From Octopus sinensis (taxonomy: Eukaryota), in assembly GCF_006345805.1 (NCBI RefSeq), contig NW_021828320.1, forward strand, positions 1-8,820: a DNA stretch of 8,820 nt, in the 5' to 3' direction. The position numbers and the translations under genes were made by a program. Under the pieces are notes generated by a model that was given only the letters and a program-made list of their open reading frames with translations, was not told where the DNA came from and searched no databases. This document shows positions 8,049 to 8,820 of the stretch, in pieces (position 1 is the stretch's first letter; each line of letters opens with the position of its first letter).

Positions 8049-8080
<32 letters not shown>

Positions 8081-8324
8081 ATGTGTATATATATATTGGT
8101 ATAGGTATGTACGTATACATATTGGTGTGTCTTTGTTTGTCCAAACATTGCTTGACAACCTATATTGGTGTTTTTTACGTCCCCTTAATTTAGCGGTTCA
8201 GTAAAGAGACCGGTAAAAAAAAGTACTAGGCTTACAAAAAACATGTCCTAGCGTCGACTTGTCTGACTAAAGGCGATGCTCCAGCATGGTCGCAGTCAAA
8301 TTAGTAAAGCAAGTAAAAGAATAA
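7591..8324 (+). mobile_element. tRNA-derived SINE family B, full length with an expanded internal microsatellite spacer
   Basis: A-box-like TGGCTGTGTGG (7601-7611), B-box-like GGTTCAGTGCC (7644-7654), CORE-like GGCACCTTGATCAA, TA/TG tracts at ~7752-8100, then a 3' half (TTGCTTGACAACC...TAGCGGTTC...AGTACTAGGCTTACAA...GCTCCAGCATGG...GCAAGTAAAAGAATAA) antisense to 4116-4303. Confidence 0.85.
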
Positions 8325-8325
8325 G

Positions 8326-8327
<2 letters not shown>

Positions 8328-8363
<36 letters not shown>

Positions 8364-8435
8364 CATATGTGTTTGTGTGTGTATAATCAAAGGTAATGTG
8401 AATAGACTGTAAATAATATATATATATATATATAT
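8328..8435. repeat. (TA)n/(CA)/(TG) microsatellites
   Basis: Directly visible, with a short unique interruption. Confidence 0.9.
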
Positions 8436-8549
8436 TGCTTGGGTTTGTGTTGAGTTTGATTTGAGAACATAATCTTTTGTGGAGAATGGCGATTTGACGT
8501 CTATATCTAGCATGTTGACTGTCCACCTTTTCGTGTTCAGTCCTAATTA

Positions 8550-8569
8550 GTATATATATATTATATATA

Positions 8570-8611
<42 letters not shown>

Positions 8612-8617
8612 TATATA
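8550..8617. repeat. (TA)n microsatellite
   Basis: Directly visible. Confidence 0.95.
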
Positions 8618-8820
8618 GGTTTAAGAGACAGAATTTCCCTCAAGCGACTCAATCATCATTGAACGACATTTTCCAGGAAAGGTACATATTGAACTAAATA
8701 TTAAAAATTATTAAAATTAATACCTACAATGCTTATTCTAAATCATATACGTTACATTATATAAACTACTTATATATATAAGTGTGAAAAACAATCTGCA
8801 GCCTACTGACAAACATATTT

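Noticed and set aside
8440-8550. Minus-strand protein-like frames (RTEHEKVDSQHARYRR; WTVNMLDIDVKSPF, faintly cadherin-like)
   Set aside because: Lacks the cadherin DxNDN motif, has no convincing splice sites and is flanked by TA tracts that extend the ORFs artificially.

Overview
AT-rich, repeat-saturated eukaryotic non-coding DNA (intronic or intergenic). The SINE families and microsatellite style resemble octopus (Octopus sp.) repeats, which is an inference from recalled repeat families and not a database result. There is no prokaryotic gene system, CRISPR array or intact long gene, and almost all ORFs in the supplied track are microsatellite read-through artefacts. Supported content: a decayed D34D mariner transposase (minus strand, 839-1352); a second mariner end with TIR (4753); a decayed restriction-like endonuclease fragment of a non-LTR retrotransposon (5440-5667); at least three tRNA-derived SINE families, two of them in nested arrangements; three tandem ~110-120 bp (ACAT)n-tailed units; and many micro- and compound satellites. 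The most notable signal is a near-canonical minimal type I hammerhead ribozyme fold of the Penelope-like kind (minus strand, 7486-7523), with a possible second, more decayed one near 1679-1764. A speculative phase-compatible three-exon chain (2234-2300, 6345-6444, 8619-8681) is reported as a hypothesis only.
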